A stretch of 64,000 nt of DNA from contig CAWFFN010000005.1 of NCBI GenBank assembly GCA_963815115.1, positions 576,001 to 640,000 of the forward strand. The letters are read 5' to 3'. The position numbers were made by a program, and so were the translations under genes. This document shows positions 9,225-19,804 of the stretch, piece after piece. Each line of letters starts with the position of its first letter. Position 1 is the stretch's first letter. Below the pieces are notes generated by a model. The model saw only the letters and a program-made list of their open reading frames with translations, ran no database searches and was not told where the DNA came from. This DNA is from an uncultured delta proteobacterium (GTDB lineage Bacteria; Desulfobacterota; Binatia; DP-6).

Positions 9225-11993
9225 CTACGCCGCGCGGATCAGGCGCTGGTAGATCTTGGGCAGCTCGCGGGGCAGGTCCGCCACGGCCTCGATCACCAGG
9301 TACTGCTCGCGCGTGCACATCTCGCGCAGGTAGTCGTGGCCCGCGAGGTCGACGGTGATGCAGAAGGGCCGGACACCGGCGCGCTGCACCTCGCGGAGCG
9401 CGACGGCGGTGTCGCGGATGCCGTAGACGTGGCTCTGCCGATCGCTGCCGTAGTCGAGGTCCTGCGGGAAGCCGTCGCTCAGCAGGACCAGGTGGCGCGA
9501 CGGCGCCGTCACGTTCGCCATCTTCGCGAGCGCGTGCCGCAGCGCCGTCCCCATGCGGGTGGAGCCGCGCGGCTCCAGGCCGCCGATGCGGCTCTGGACC
9601 GCGGGGGTCAGCCGCTCCGCGAACGCCTTGACCGGGTAGATCTCGACGTTGTCGCGACCCTGGCCCGAGAAGCCGTAGACGGCGTAGAGGTCGCCGATCT
9701 CCTCGAGCGCGGCCGTCATGATCACGAGCGCGTCCCTGGCGATGTCGATGATGCGATCTGTCGGGTGGCCCGGGGCGGTCTCGTCGGTGGACGCGCTCAG
9801 GTCGAGCAGGAAGAGCGTCGCCACGTCGCGCTCCTCACGGTGGCGCGAGGTGTAGAGCTTCGCCGACGCGGGTTGGCCGGCGCGGCGTTGCATGCGCGCG
9901 TCGACGACGGCGTTCAAGTCGATCGTCTCACCGTCCTCGAGGCCGTGAACGCGCCGGTAGCGCTCGGGCCGCAGGCGCAGGAAGTGCCGACGCACCTCCG
10001 GCACCAGCGCCGCGTGACGCGCGAGCGCCTGGTCGAAGGCGAGACCCGAGTCGCCCGGGAGCTCGACCTCGCGCACCCGGCACCAGGCGGGACGGTAGTC
10101 GCCGATCAGGTGGTCCCACTCGTCGTAGAAGAACACCGCGGCGTCGCCGGTCGCGGGTCGCAGCGTGGCGGCGACGGCATCCGGCGGGCGCGCCCCGGTC
10201 GCGGGCGGCGTCGTTCGCTCCGACAGTCGCTTGCCGGCGAGCTGGGTGACGTACAGTCCGGCCTGCGCGAGGACGTCGCCACGGCCCTGCCCGAGCGCCT
10301 CCGCACCCGCGGCCTCGAGAAGCCGCCGCAACGCCTCGGGGTCGAGCGGACGGCCGCCGCCGACGTCGCCGAGCTCCCGGTCGACGAGGAGGGTGAGCGC
10401 GTCGCGCAGCTCGGCCGGTAGCGTGTCGTCGTCCGGCACCGACGCCGCGGCGGCGTGCGTCGCGTCTTCCGCGCTCCCGGGCGGGCCGTCACCGGCGCCC
10501 GCGTCGAGCAGGATCGTCACGAGCTCGGGCAGGACGCCGAGACCGTCGTCCGTCCGCTCCGCATCGGGGAAGAGCGCTGCGAGCCGTTCCGCCACACGCA
10601 GCGCGTCCGCCGACGTCGCCTCGGGATGCTCGAGCTCGCGAAGGCTCGGCAGCACGAGGGCTGCGAGCGCGCGAAGCCAGGGCGGAACGTCGGTCCGCGC
10701 GGCCTCGGGTCGAAATGCAAGCGCCAGGATGGCGTCGAAGCCGTCCAGCACCGTCGTCTCCTCGCCGACGAGGCTCTCGCTGGCCCAGCGCAGGTCGGCG
10801 CCGATCCCGGGATAGGCGGCCGTCAGGCGGCAGGCGACCCGGAAGCCGTCGGCCAGCAGGAAGAGATCCTCCAGAGCGCCCGGCCGACCGGGAGCACGCA
10901 GGGGTCCGGGACCACTGGCCAGGACGTCGTACGTCCCGAACTCCCGCCGGCCCGCCAGCAGGGCGGCCGCCAGGCGGTAGAGCCTGGCGTTGTCCTCGCA
11001 CGTGTCGAGGCGGTCGATCAGCGGCGGCAGCGCCACCATCTGGCTGTCGGGCGCGTCCTCGAGCGGGGGACGGAGCCGGAAGGGGCCGCAGGGGCGCGGT
11101 GCGGCTGGCCGGGCGGCGAGCATGTGGACCAGGCGTCGCAGCTCGCCCTGCATCTCGTCGAGGGCCACCGCGGTCGGCGAGTCCGCGAGGATGCGCTCGC
11201 TGGTACGCGACGCGACGGCGAAGAAGGCGACGCCGGCCGCACGGTGCCGGGTGGCGAGCGCCAGGCCGTGTGCCGCCCACGCGTGGACGCGCTCGGCCGC
11301 GGCGCTCTCGTAGACCCGCGGCAGACTCCGCAGCAGTGCGGGCAGGCCCGCCGGGAACGCGCGGGCGACCTGCTCGACGATCGCGACCGCGCCTTCGCGA
11401 TGCGCTTCGGGCACGGCGGCCAGGAGCGCCGCCAGCAACGGCGTCACCTCCGCGAGCTCGCGCACCGATCCGTCGAGCGCCGCCATCTGCCAGGCGGCGA
11501 GGAAGCGCGGCCGCAGCGGGTCGGCCAGGCGATCGAGGGCGCGCGGCAGCTCGCGATAGGCGACCAGCGCGAGCGGCGGCGGGAGCGAGAGCGCGGCATC
11601 CAGCCACGCGGCGCGCTCGGCCGTGTCCCATCCGGCGATCGAGCCGGGCAGGGCGCGCAGGAACTCCGCCTCGTCGAGCTCGTCGGTGCAGTGGCGGGCG
11701 AGCGCCATCCAGGGCACGACGTCAGCGGCGGCGAGGAGCGGCAGCGTATCGCGGCTCGACTCGAAGAGCGCCACGGCGAGGCGCTCGCCGCGCCATCCCG
11801 CCTCGGTGCGCAGGCGCGCGCCCGCTTCGGCCCAGGCCTCGAGCAGCGCCGCGTCCACCCGCGGGACGAGGGCCGCGGTGTGCTCGGAGAAGCGTCGCGC
11901 GAGCGTGACGGAGACCTCCGCCAGGCGCGCGTGGGCGGCGCGCCAGCGGGCGCGCGCCCGGCGCTCAGCCGAAGAGGGCAGCGGCGACGTCAT
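9225..11993 (-). CDS. CbbO/NorD-family VWA-domain adaptor with long helical N-terminus
   Basis: [14 protein letters not shown] motif, [41 protein letters not shown] and terminal LPKIYQRL. Confidence 0.9.
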   Translation of the reverse strand: MTSPLPSSAERRARARWRAAHARLAEVSVTLARRFSEHTAALVPRVDAALLEAWAEAGARLRTEAGWRGERLAVALFESSRDTLPLLAAADVVPWMALARHCTDELDEAEFLRALPGSIAGWDTAERAAWLDAALSLPPPLALVAYRELPRALDRLADPLRPRFLAAWQMAALDGSVRELAEVTPLLAALLAAVPEAHREGAVAIVEQVARAFPAGLPALLRSLPRVYESAAAERVHAWAAHGLALATRHRAAGVAFFAVASRTSERILADSPTAVALDEMQGELRRLVHMLAARPAAPRPCGPFRLRPPLEDAPDSQMVALPPLIDRLDTCEDNARLYRLAAALLAGRREFGTYDVLASGPGPLRAPGRPGALEDLFLLADGFRVACRLTAAYPGIGADLRWASESLVGEETTVLDGFDAILALAFRPEAARTDVPPWLRALAALVLPSLRELEHPEATSADALRVAERLAALFPDAERTDDGLGVLPELVTILLDAGAGDGPPGSAEDATHAAAASVPDDDTLPAELRDALTLLVDRELGDVGGGRPLDPEALRRLLEAAGAEALGQGRGDVLAQAGLYVTQLAGKRLSERTTPPATGARPPDAVAATLRPATGDAAVFFYDEWDHLIGDYRPAWCRVREVELPGDSGLAFDQALARHAALVPEVRRHFLRLRPERYRRVHGLEDGETIDLNAVVDARMQRRAGQPASAKLYTSRHREERDVATLFLLDLSASTDETAPGHPTDRIIDIARDALVIMTAALEEIGDLYAVYGFSGQGRDNVEIYPVKAFAERLTPAVQSRIGGLEPRGSTRMGTALRHALAKMANVTAPSRHLVLLSDGFPQDLDYGSDRQSHVYGIRDTAVALREVQRAGVRPFCITVDLAGHDYLREMCTREQYLVIEAVADLPRELPKIYQRLIRAA

Positions 11994-12771
11994 CGATCGC
12001 GCGCACGGCGTCCGGATCGTCGGTGAGGGCCCGGCTCACCGCCGCGGCGCAGGCACGCCGCGGCGGGATGCCGCGCCCGATGAGCTGGCCGGCGTAGACC
12101 AGGAGCCGCGTGCTCACGCCCTCCGACAACCCGCTCTGGCGGAGATGGCGGACCTTCTCGCCGAGCGTCGCCAGCCGGAGCGCCAGGTCGAGATCGAGCT
12201 GGCTCTCGTGGGCGATGATGCGGGCCTCGGCGTCGCGCGGGGGATAGCCGAACTCCAGCGCCACGAAGCGCTGCCGCGTCGAGTGCTTCAGGTCCTTCAG
12301 CACGCTCTGGTAGCCCGGGTTGTAGGACAGGACGAGGAGAAAGTCGGGGTGCGCTTCGAGCAGCTCTCCCGTCTTGTCGATGGGAAGGAGCCGGCGATGG
12401 TCGGTCAGCGGATGGATCAGGACCACGGTGTCCTTGCGCGCCTCGACCACCTCGTCGAGATAGCAGATGGCGCCGTGCCGCACCGCGCGCGTGAGCGGTC
12501 CGTCGATCCACACCGTCTCGTCGCCCTTGATCAGGTAGCGGCCGACCAGGTCGCTCCCGGTCAGGTCCTCGTGGCAGGCGACGGTGACCAGGTTGCCGGG
12601 GACCTCGCCGCCCGGTGTGGACCGTCCGATCGTCGCCGCCATGTACTCCACGAAGCGCGTCTTGCCGCACCCCGTCGGCCCCTTCAGCAACACGGGCAGG
12701 CGGGCCTGCCAGGCGGCCGTGAAGACCGTGACCTCGTCGGCGATCGGAAGGTAGAAGGGCGGCACGCTCAC
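11965..12771 (-). CDS. CbbQ/NirQ/NorQ-family MoxR AAA+ ATPase
   Basis: Walker [24 protein letters not shown], Walker [16 protein letters not shown]...STRQRF. GTG start at 12771 inferred. Confidence 0.93.
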   Translation of the reverse strand: MSVPPFYLPIADEVTVFTAAWQARLPVLLKGPTGCGKTRFVEYMAATIGRSTPGGEVPGNLVTVACHEDLTGSDLVGRYLIKGDETVWIDGPLTRAVRHGAICYLDEVVEARKDTVVLIHPLTDHRRLLPIDKTGELLEAHPDFLLVLSYNPGYQSVLKDLKHSTRQRFVALEFGYPPRDAEARIIAHESQLDLDLALRLATLGEKVRHLRQSGLSEGVSTRLLVYAGQLIGRGIPPRRACAAAVSRALTDDPDAVRAIDDVAAALFG

Positions 12772-12829
12772 GCGGCGAGGGAGTCTAGGGTCGCCCCCGG
12801 GACGACGCAAACTCCGCGGCGGTCGCGGC

Positions 12830-13777
12830 TCAGGGGAGGAACCGGGCGCGGTCGGCCGCCGAGGGCAGCGCGCAGGACGCGTCGGCAGCGCCAAAGGCGT
12901 GGCGGCGGCGCGCGAACGCGGCATAGGCCGCGTCCGCGAGCGATCGTGGCAGCCAGGAGAGGAGCGCGACCAGCCGCCACGGACCACCGAGCAGGCGGCC
13001 GAGGCGGACGAGCGCCTCGGAGCGCCACGATACGCGCTCCGCGCCGCTCGCGCGGTCGACGTAGATGATGCTGTCGAGATCACGCGGCAGCCCGGGGCAG
13101 CGGGCGCGGAGGGCGGCGGCCGTCGGCCCCTGGAGCGGGGCAAAGCGCAGCACGCCCTGGCGGTCGGCCGCGAGGAGCCAGCGCACGAAGCGGCTGCAGA
13201 CCCCGCACTCGCCGTCGTAGAGGACGAGGTGGATCGGGGGGGCGCCCGCGACCGGCGGCAGGTCACGCCGCATGATCACCCGTTCCCTCATGGGAATGCC
13301 GAGCTGCTGTTCGCGGGCGCGAACTCCGCGCAGCGCGCGTGGGAACTCGGCCGCACCGAGGGTGCGAAATCCGAGCCGCGCGTAGAAGGGCTCGTTCCAC
13401 GGCACGCGCCGGAAGGTGGAGAGCGTGATGGCGGGAAATCCCTGCGCGGCCGCCCAGTCGCACACCGTGGTGACGAGCCCCGTGCCGATGCCCCGGCCGC
13501 CGGCGTCGGGCACCACGTCGAGCTCCTCCAGATGGGCGAGGCCGTCGAGCACGTTGGCGACGGCGAATCCGAGCGGGCGCCCATCCTGGCCGTCGGCGAC
13601 CCAGATGCGATCGGCGCGCTGGTGCTGGGCCAGCTCCGACAGCGAGAGGGTGCGGTCGAGCAGGTGGTCCAGCAGGCCCATCCCCCGGAATCTCGTCCCG
13701 GCCTCGCGCTCGATACGCTGGAGCTCCGGAAGATCCTCCGCCCGGGCAAGCCGGATACGGACATCCGCCTCACGCAC
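12830..13777 (-). CDS. GNAT acetyltransferase fused to DCC1-like (DUF393) thiol-disulfide oxidoreductase
   Basis: GNAT motifs ([31 protein letters not shown]) continue in frame into LYDGECGVC...FAPLQ (DxxCxxC). Start inferred. Confidence 0.8.
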   Translation of the reverse strand: MREADVRIRLARAEDLPELQRIEREAGTRFRGMGLLDHLLDRTLSLSELAQHQRADRIWVADGQDGRPLGFAVANVLDGLAHLEELDVVPDAGGRGIGTGLVTTVCDWAAAQGFPAITLSTFRRVPWNEPFYARLGFRTLGAAEFPRALRGVRAREQQLGIPMRERVIMRRDLPPVAGAPPIHLVLYDGECGVCSRFVRWLLAADRQGVLRFAPLQGPTAAALRARCPGLPRDLDSIIYVDRASGAERVSWRSEALVRLGRLLGGPWRLVALLSWLPRSLADAAYAAFARRRHAFGAADASCALPSAADRARFLP

Positions 13778-13865
13778 GTCGTGCAGCTTAGCGTAGCGCC
13801 GGGGGGTGGTGATACCGGCGGCGGTTCCCTTGCGGCCGGGAGGCCGTTCGTGTCCAAGTCGGACA

Positions 13866-14810
13866 GTGGTCGTCGAGAGCACCGACCTGGAGCGCGCACT
13901 CTCGCGCCTCGGCGAGGACGCCTCCGATCGGCGGGCAGGCCTCTTCGGTCCCGGCTCGCTGACCTGGACGCTCAGCCGCGAGGCGACGGTCTTTCTCGGC
14001 GGCGGCAGGGCAGCACTGCTCCAGCTCGCTCATCCGATCGTCGCGCAGGGAGTGGCCGAGCACTCGCATGCGACCGACGACACCCTCGGCCGCTTTCTTC
14101 GCACCTTCGAGCACGTGTTCGCGATGGTCTACGGCGATCTCGACTCCGCCTTCGACTCGGCACGACGTGTCCATCGCCTGCACGCGCGCGTCCGGGGCGC
14201 CATGTCCGGGACGACGGGCAGCGTGGCGGCCGGCACGCGCTACGAGGCGAACACGCCCGAGGTGCTGCTCTGGGTGCACGCCACGCTCCTCGAGACCACG
14301 GTCCAGCTCTACGAGCTCGTGCTCCGGCCGCTGTCCGCCGACGAGAAGCACGCCTACTACGGCGAGACCAGACGATTTGCCGCGCTGTTCGGGATTCCCG
14401 AGCCGCTGCTTCCGGCCGACTGGCCGGCGTTCGAGGACTACTGGCACCACATGCTGTCGTCGCCCGAGATCACCGTCTCGCCGGTGGCGCGCCGGCTGGC
14501 TCGATCGCTGCTCCGTCCGTCCGGGACCTGGATCGGGGGCCCGGCGTGGGACTGGTTGCGGGCGATCACGGCGCGCCTGCTCCCCCCGCGCCTGCGCGAG
14601 GAGTTCGGATTGCCGTTCGGCTCCGTCGAGCGGGCCCTCGCCGAGAGCTCGCTCGGCGCGCTGCGCGCCACGTGGTGGCTGCTGCCCGGCTCGCTGCGCT
14701 GGCTTCCCGCCTACCGGGACGCGATGCGCCGCCTGGATGGCCGAACGGGACGCGACCCGATCGGGATCGTGCTCGATCAGGTTGTGCGCCTGGCGCGCGG
14801 GTCGCGGTAG
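13866..14810 (+). CDS. Oxygenase MpaB/DUF2236 family protein
   Basis: GLFGPGSLTW, GGGRAALLQLAHP.VAQGV..HS, Y.AN.PE..LWVHATL. Confidence 0.9.
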   Translation: MVVESTDLERALSRLGEDASDRRAGLFGPGSLTWTLSREATVFLGGGRAALLQLAHPIVAQGVAEHSHATDDTLGRFLRTFEHVFAMVYGDLDSAFDSARRVHRLHARVRGAMSGTTGSVAAGTRYEANTPEVLLWVHATLLETTVQLYELVLRPLSADEKHAYYGETRRFAALFGIPEPLLPADWPAFEDYWHHMLSSPEITVSPVARRLARSLLRPSGTWIGGPAWDWLRAITARLLPPRLREEFGLPFGSVERALAESSLGALRATWWLLPGSLRWLPAYRDAMRRLDGRTGRDPIGIVLDQVVRLARGSR

Positions 14811-14898
14811 CGCCGATTCGGGCTCCGTGCTGCGCAGCTCGACCGGGGGTTCGCCCGGGCGCGATGCGACAGGCGACGACTGCGAGGCGGGGCCGGCC

Positions 14899-15046
14899 TC
14901 ATCCGAGCGCGGCCTGGCGTCGCCAGGCGGCCGGCGGGAGGCCGACGACGCGACGGAACGCGCGGTTGAACGCCGCCTCGGACGCGTAGCCGACCTGCGC
15001 GCCGATGCTCGCGACGCTGGCGTGGGAGTCGCGCAGGAGCTGGGTG
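14899..15046 (-). pseudogene. AraC-family regulator, C-terminal HTH remnant
   Basis: QLLRDSHASVASIGAQVGYASEAAFNRAFRRVVGLPPAAWR is the second AraC HTH; no upstream AraC sequence is present. Confidence 0.75.
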
Positions 15047-15432
15047 CCCTTCGAGCCGGAGGGGAGCTCGTGCGGTGCGACGCTCGGGCCTCGACGGAGC
15101 TGCGGCATCTCCCGACGGGGAACCTCACTCTACGGGTTCTGCCAGGCCACGGGGAGCGGAAAGCTCCGCCTGTCCGTCTTCGGGTTCGTCGGCGGCGACG
15201 TGGCGGTGACTCTCCCCGGGACGGCGAACTGACCGGCCGCCGCCCGCATGGCGCGGCCGCCGTGATGGACGCCTGGCGCGGGCGAACGCCGTCACGAGGG
15301 CGACGGACGCGTCCGGCGTCCGCTCGACGCGGCGGCTAGGATGACGCAGTGAGCCTCGCCCCGTCGACACGACCCAGTGAGGTCGAGGACTCCGGCCTTC
15401 TCTTCCCACTGAAGCCCTCCGCCACGACGGGT

Positions 15433-15873
15433 CTACCTCTGCCGTCTGCGCGCGACGGAGGGCATGCCCAGGACGTCGAATCCCATGGCCCGCGCCGCCG
15501 TGCCCAGCTCATCGTCGTGTGTCGCGAAGCGCAGATCGTCCACCTGCGTCCGCGCCAGCAGCGCCGTTGCGAGGTGGATGGCATCGAGTGAGCTGAGGAG
15601 CGTTGGAAAGGGCTCCGCGGCACGCTCGAGGACGACGGTATCGAGCGGAAGGATGGCGAACGTCTCCAGCAGCTCCAGAACCGCCGCCCGCTGCTGCGCT
15701 ACCGCCCGGTCGCTGAGCCGCTCCCGGATCCGCGCCCGATCGATCGTCCGCTGGCATTCCAGACGGATCAGCTCGCTGGCGAGCGGCCGCTCGATGCGTC
15801 GCCACTCCCGCAACGCCCCCCGCTCGTTGAGCACGGTGCGCAGGAGCACCGAGGAGTCCACGTACACGTTCAC
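15433..15873 (-). CDS. vapC: VapC PIN-domain toxin
   Basis: VYVDSSVLL, LE, SLDAIHLATA and FATHD acidic PIN residues; GTGA overlap with the antitoxin. Confidence 0.92.
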   Translation of the reverse strand: MNVYVDSSVLLRTVLNERGALREWRRIERPLASELIRLECQRTIDRARIRERLSDRAVAQQRAAVLELLETFAILPLDTVVLERAAEPFPTLLSSLDAIHLATALLARTQVDDLRFATHDDELGTAARAMGFDVLGMPSVARRRQR

Positions 15874-16133
15874 CGCTTGCCCCGCTCTTCGAGGAGCAGC
15901 TGCAGCGAGCCGGCCCGCCAGCGCGCTCTGGGGTAGCGCTTGTTGCGCACCTCAGCGAACGGCCGCCTCGCCGGGATGATGCGCACCTGCGACTCCATCG
16001 CCACCGCAGGGACCAGCCGGACGATCGGGCGGTGGCGGTCGGTGACCTCGATCTCGGCGCCATGCTCCACGGCGCGCAGGTACCGCGAGAGCTGGTTCTT
16101 CAGGTCGGCAATCTTGACCCGCTTCATGGCCAC
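15870..16133 (-). CDS. Phd/YefM-family antitoxin
   Basis: VKIADLKNQLSRYLRAVEHGAEIEVTDRHRPIVRLVP; alternative start ATG 16127. Confidence 0.9.
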   Translation of the reverse strand: MAMKRVKIADLKNQLSRYLRAVEHGAEIEVTDRHRPIVRLVPAVAMESQVRIIPARRPFAEVRNKRYPRARWRAGSLQLLLEERGKR

Positions 16134-16255
16134 ATCAGGCCAGATGAGACCCTGCCGGTCAAACTGGCGCGATGATCGCGCGCTGCCCTCCGCCGCGGTG
16201 ACGGTTCACGATCGGCGACGGGGTCGCAATTGTCCCGGCGAACCCGCGGGGCGGC

Positions 16256-16289
16256 GACTGCAGATCGACTCGTCGGTCGATCTGCAGTC
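16256..16289. terminator. Perfect 14-bp stem-loop downstream of the diheme protein gene
   Basis: GACTGCAGATCGAC-tcgtcg-GTCGATCTGCAGTC, 12 nt past the stop; no U-tract. Confidence 0.55.
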
Positions 16290-16301
16290 ACCCCGGTCGC
16301 A

Positions 16302-19300
16302 CTACTCGTCGCTCACGAACGCGCCGCTCGGCGACCCGCTGGGGGGCGTCGGACAGTCCGCGGGCGGAGGCGCCTTCTTCTCGGACTGGAACTTGTCCCT
16401 GTGGTCGTTCTTGTCCGTCGAGGCGGGATTGCCGCTCTCCTTCGCGGGCGCGCTCGCGCACCATCCCCGGCCATCGGCGAGCGTCAGCCGCACGGCGATC
16501 TCGATCTGCTTCGGCTCGTCGAGCGTGTAGCCCCAGCCGGACTTGCCGCCCTTCACCTGGAGCTTGCCCTGCTTGATGAGCACCACCGTGATCGGGCCGG
16601 TCTTGCTCTTCCACTTGAAGCCGCCGCTCCCGATCGCGGTCCATTCCGGGCCCGCCGGCAGGGGCACCGTCACCTCGTCGGTGGTCTGGCCCGCCGCGTT
16701 GTACACGGTGAGCGTCGCGCCGTGCTGGATCGGGTCGCCCGCGGACCCCAGCGCCGGGGGCGTGACCTGGTTGGTCGGGGGATCCTTCTTGGTGCTCGAC
16801 TTGAACGACACCTTCCGCTTCTCCGGATCGGCGGGCGGCGTGCTGTCGTCCTTCAGGGAGAGGCTCGTCGTCTGAATCCGCGTCAGCCCCGGAATGCTCA
16901 CCGGATCGGCCGGGTCGCTCCCGCCGAGTACCTCGTCCTGATCGAGGAATCCGTCCTCGTCGCGGTCGATGCCGATGCGCTCGCCGCTGCCCGGCGGGAC
17001 GCACGTGTACGTGACCTCCTGCCCCGGCGTCTCCGCGACGCCCCGCAGCTGGTTGTCGGTCAGGGTCTCGCCGCCGAGGTCGGTGTGGAACGTGCCCGAG
17101 ACGAGCACCGCGCCGCGCTGCTGCCCGTTCTCCGTCCATTTCGCCACCAGATCGCACTCGCCCTGACCCGCGCGGGCGATCAAGAGATCGATGCGGTCGC
17201 CGACCTCCGACGCGACTGCCCTGACGCGAGCGTGATCTGCTGGCCCACGATCGGTGCCAGGTTGGAGTCGAAAGCCAGGACGAACTGCTCGACCTGGCGC
17301 CGTTGCAGGTCACCCGTGGCTCCGGTGGGGAAGCCGCCCGGATTCTGGAGCGGGAAGCCGGCGGGATTGGTGCGATTGAAGACGGTGGCGTTGTGGAAGC
17401 GGAAGAGCGTGTCCACGCTGCCGTCGTGCAGGAACCCGAAGCCGCGGATCTGCGCGCCCTTGTCGCCGTTGTCGCCGGGGTTCAGGAACTGGACGGGTGC
17501 CATGCCGAACATGCCGACCTTCTGGTAGGCATTCCGGAGGTGCGGGATCTTGAAGAGCTGGGTCTCGAACTCGAAGCTCGAGAAGCCGTCGCTGCCGAAG
17601 AATCCCGAGGCGGGATCGAGATCGTGACACCCGTCGCAGTTCTGGAAGACGTCGGAGTTCTGGGCCGAGAAGAACTTGTCACGCCCGGCCTGCTGCTCGG
17701 GGGTCAGGCTGTCGTCGAGCTTGCGGATCGGGTTCGGGGGATACGTCACCTCGAGGATGAAGTTGGTGAAGCGCTCCATGTCGTCGTCGCTGATCGGCGC
17801 GCCGCGACCGAGCAGCCCGTCGAAGGCGATGATGAACTTCTTGAACGCCGCGTGCTCGTCCAGCGGGTCACCGCCGGGATCGTTGCCTCCCGTGCGATCG
17901 CCGCGCCAGTGCATCGGACCATGGTTCGCCATGCCGCGCAGGCTCTGCGTCGTCATCGGGCCCTTCAGCGGGGCGAAGTTCTGGAAGGAGATGTTGAACT
18001 GGTTGGGCACCCGGAACGGGTTCGGTTCGTTCAGGGTGACGTCGTCCGGGTTGCCGAGGTCCCAGGCGAGGCTGTCGAAGTCGCCGAAGATGTGGCAGCT
18101 CGCGCACGCGGCCTCGCCGTTGCTCGACGTGAGCACCGCATCGTAGAGCACCGAACGGCCGTCCTTCACGATCGACGGCTCGCGGTCGAAGAGGGTCAGG
18201 TGGCCGGTCTCGGTGGCGGTGGCGGTGTCGACGATCGAGAGGCCGTTGTCGAAGCGGGTGAGGACGTAGAGCCGGTGGTTGGCCTCGTCCAGCGCCAGGC
18301 CGCTCGGGCCGCCGCCGCTCACCGCGATGTGATCGGCCGCGTCGGGAGCGAAGGTGTTGTTCTCGAGCTCGGCCGTGCTGAAGATGCCGACCTCGCTCGA
18401 GCCGAGGGCGGCGACGTAGAGGGTCTGGCCGTTGGCGGTGACCGCCATGCCGACCGGGGTCGCCAGGCTCTTCACCTTGTCGCTCGGGTCGCTCGGCACG
18501 ACGTCGTAGTCGAGGTGCTTGTTCAGATGCCGCGGGAGCACGTTCGTGCCGTCGAGCACGGTGATGCGCGACTCGGCGAGGTGGCCGCGGACGGAGTTGC
18601 CGGCAAAGGTGCCCGGCCCCTCGAACCGGACCTCGTTGTGCGCGTCGGTGTTGGAGACGTAGACCTTCCCGCTCACGGGGTTCACGGCCATGTTGAAGAG
18701 GATGGTGCCGACGTGCGCGAAGCTGGCGGTCTGCGCGGGAAGCGTCGCACCCGAGCCCGCGCTGATGGCGAACACGTCGAGGTCGGGCAGCGAGAAGCGC
18801 ACGCCGTTGGTCCAGTCGCGGCCGAGCCGGTCCTCCCAGTGGCCGGTGGCGCCGTTGAACTTGATGATGAGGCCGGTCTCGGGCTGCGGATCGCCCAGGA
18901 AGTTGGTGTTGGGCATCGGCAGGCCGCCGGGCATCGGGAGGCCGCCGACGTTGCAGGTCGCGTTCTGGCCGCCGTTGCAGACCGCGCCCTCGTTGAGGGC
19001 CGTGGTCTGGTTGCCGGAGTGGAACACGGCGGCGTAGACCGTGGCGCCGCCCGGGGCGACCGCGAGCGCGCGCGGCGTGTCGCCGAACAGCGAGAGGATG
19101 GTGATCGGGTCGCCCCCGAAGTCGGCGCCGAGGCTGGTCGCGTCGAACACCCAGACGTCGGCGCGTCCGACACCGGCCGTGATGAGCTGCGGGTCGCCTG
19201 CTCCCGGCACCGCCGCCAGCGAGGGGTCGGTTCGCTGCTGTCCCCGGTGCGCGGTCGTGATGAAGGCGCGCGTGCCGCCGGTGCCGGCGAACACGATGTC

Positions 19301-19690
19301 GCGCGGCTCGTCGCCCACCAGCAGGGTGCGCACGACGCGCGGCGGGGTGGCGGCGACGTCGACGATGCTGATCGAGTCGGAGAGGTGGTTGACCACCCAG
19401 ACCTCACCGTTGGTACGCGCGGCGACGGCCACCGGCTCGAGCCCGACGGGCACCGAGCCCGTGCGGGTGAGGCCCGCGGCCGAGACGGCGAAGATCTCGA
19501 GGCGGTTGTCGGGGGTATTTGTGACAAATAGCCTCGATCCGTCAGGCGACATCGCCAGCGGCCGGACCTGACCCGACTCGAAGGTGGTGAAGGACGCCGC
19601 CCCGGCGATCGGCGACCCGAGCGCCAGGAGCAAGGCCAGGATGCCGCCCAGCAAGGTGACGGCGGATAGGCGGGACGACGGTACCAGCAT
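16302..19690 (-). CDS. Secreted YncE-type beta-propeller plus diheme cytochrome c (peroxidase/MauG-like) protein, split by a frameshift near 17220
   Basis: Signal peptide, [10 protein letters not shown], propeller repeats, CASCH and CDGCH. ...GQQITLASG (ORF 17180-19690) continues in another frame as [26 protein letters not shown] (ORF 16302-17183). Confidence 0.8.
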
Positions 19691-19804
19691 GGAGCCCCCT
19701 CTCTGGCTGGAGATCGGACCGGGGGCGTACCACAGGTTTCTGCCTTGTCGAAACCCCTTTGGCGCGATCGGGCGGTTCCGTTGGGCGATCGGGCGGCTAG
19801 CGAT

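Noticed and set aside
9225-12771. Evidence for Calvin-cycle carbon fixation or denitrification
   Set aside because: No RuBisCO, prk, nir or nor structural genes are in the window, and the chaperone family alone does not establish the pathway.
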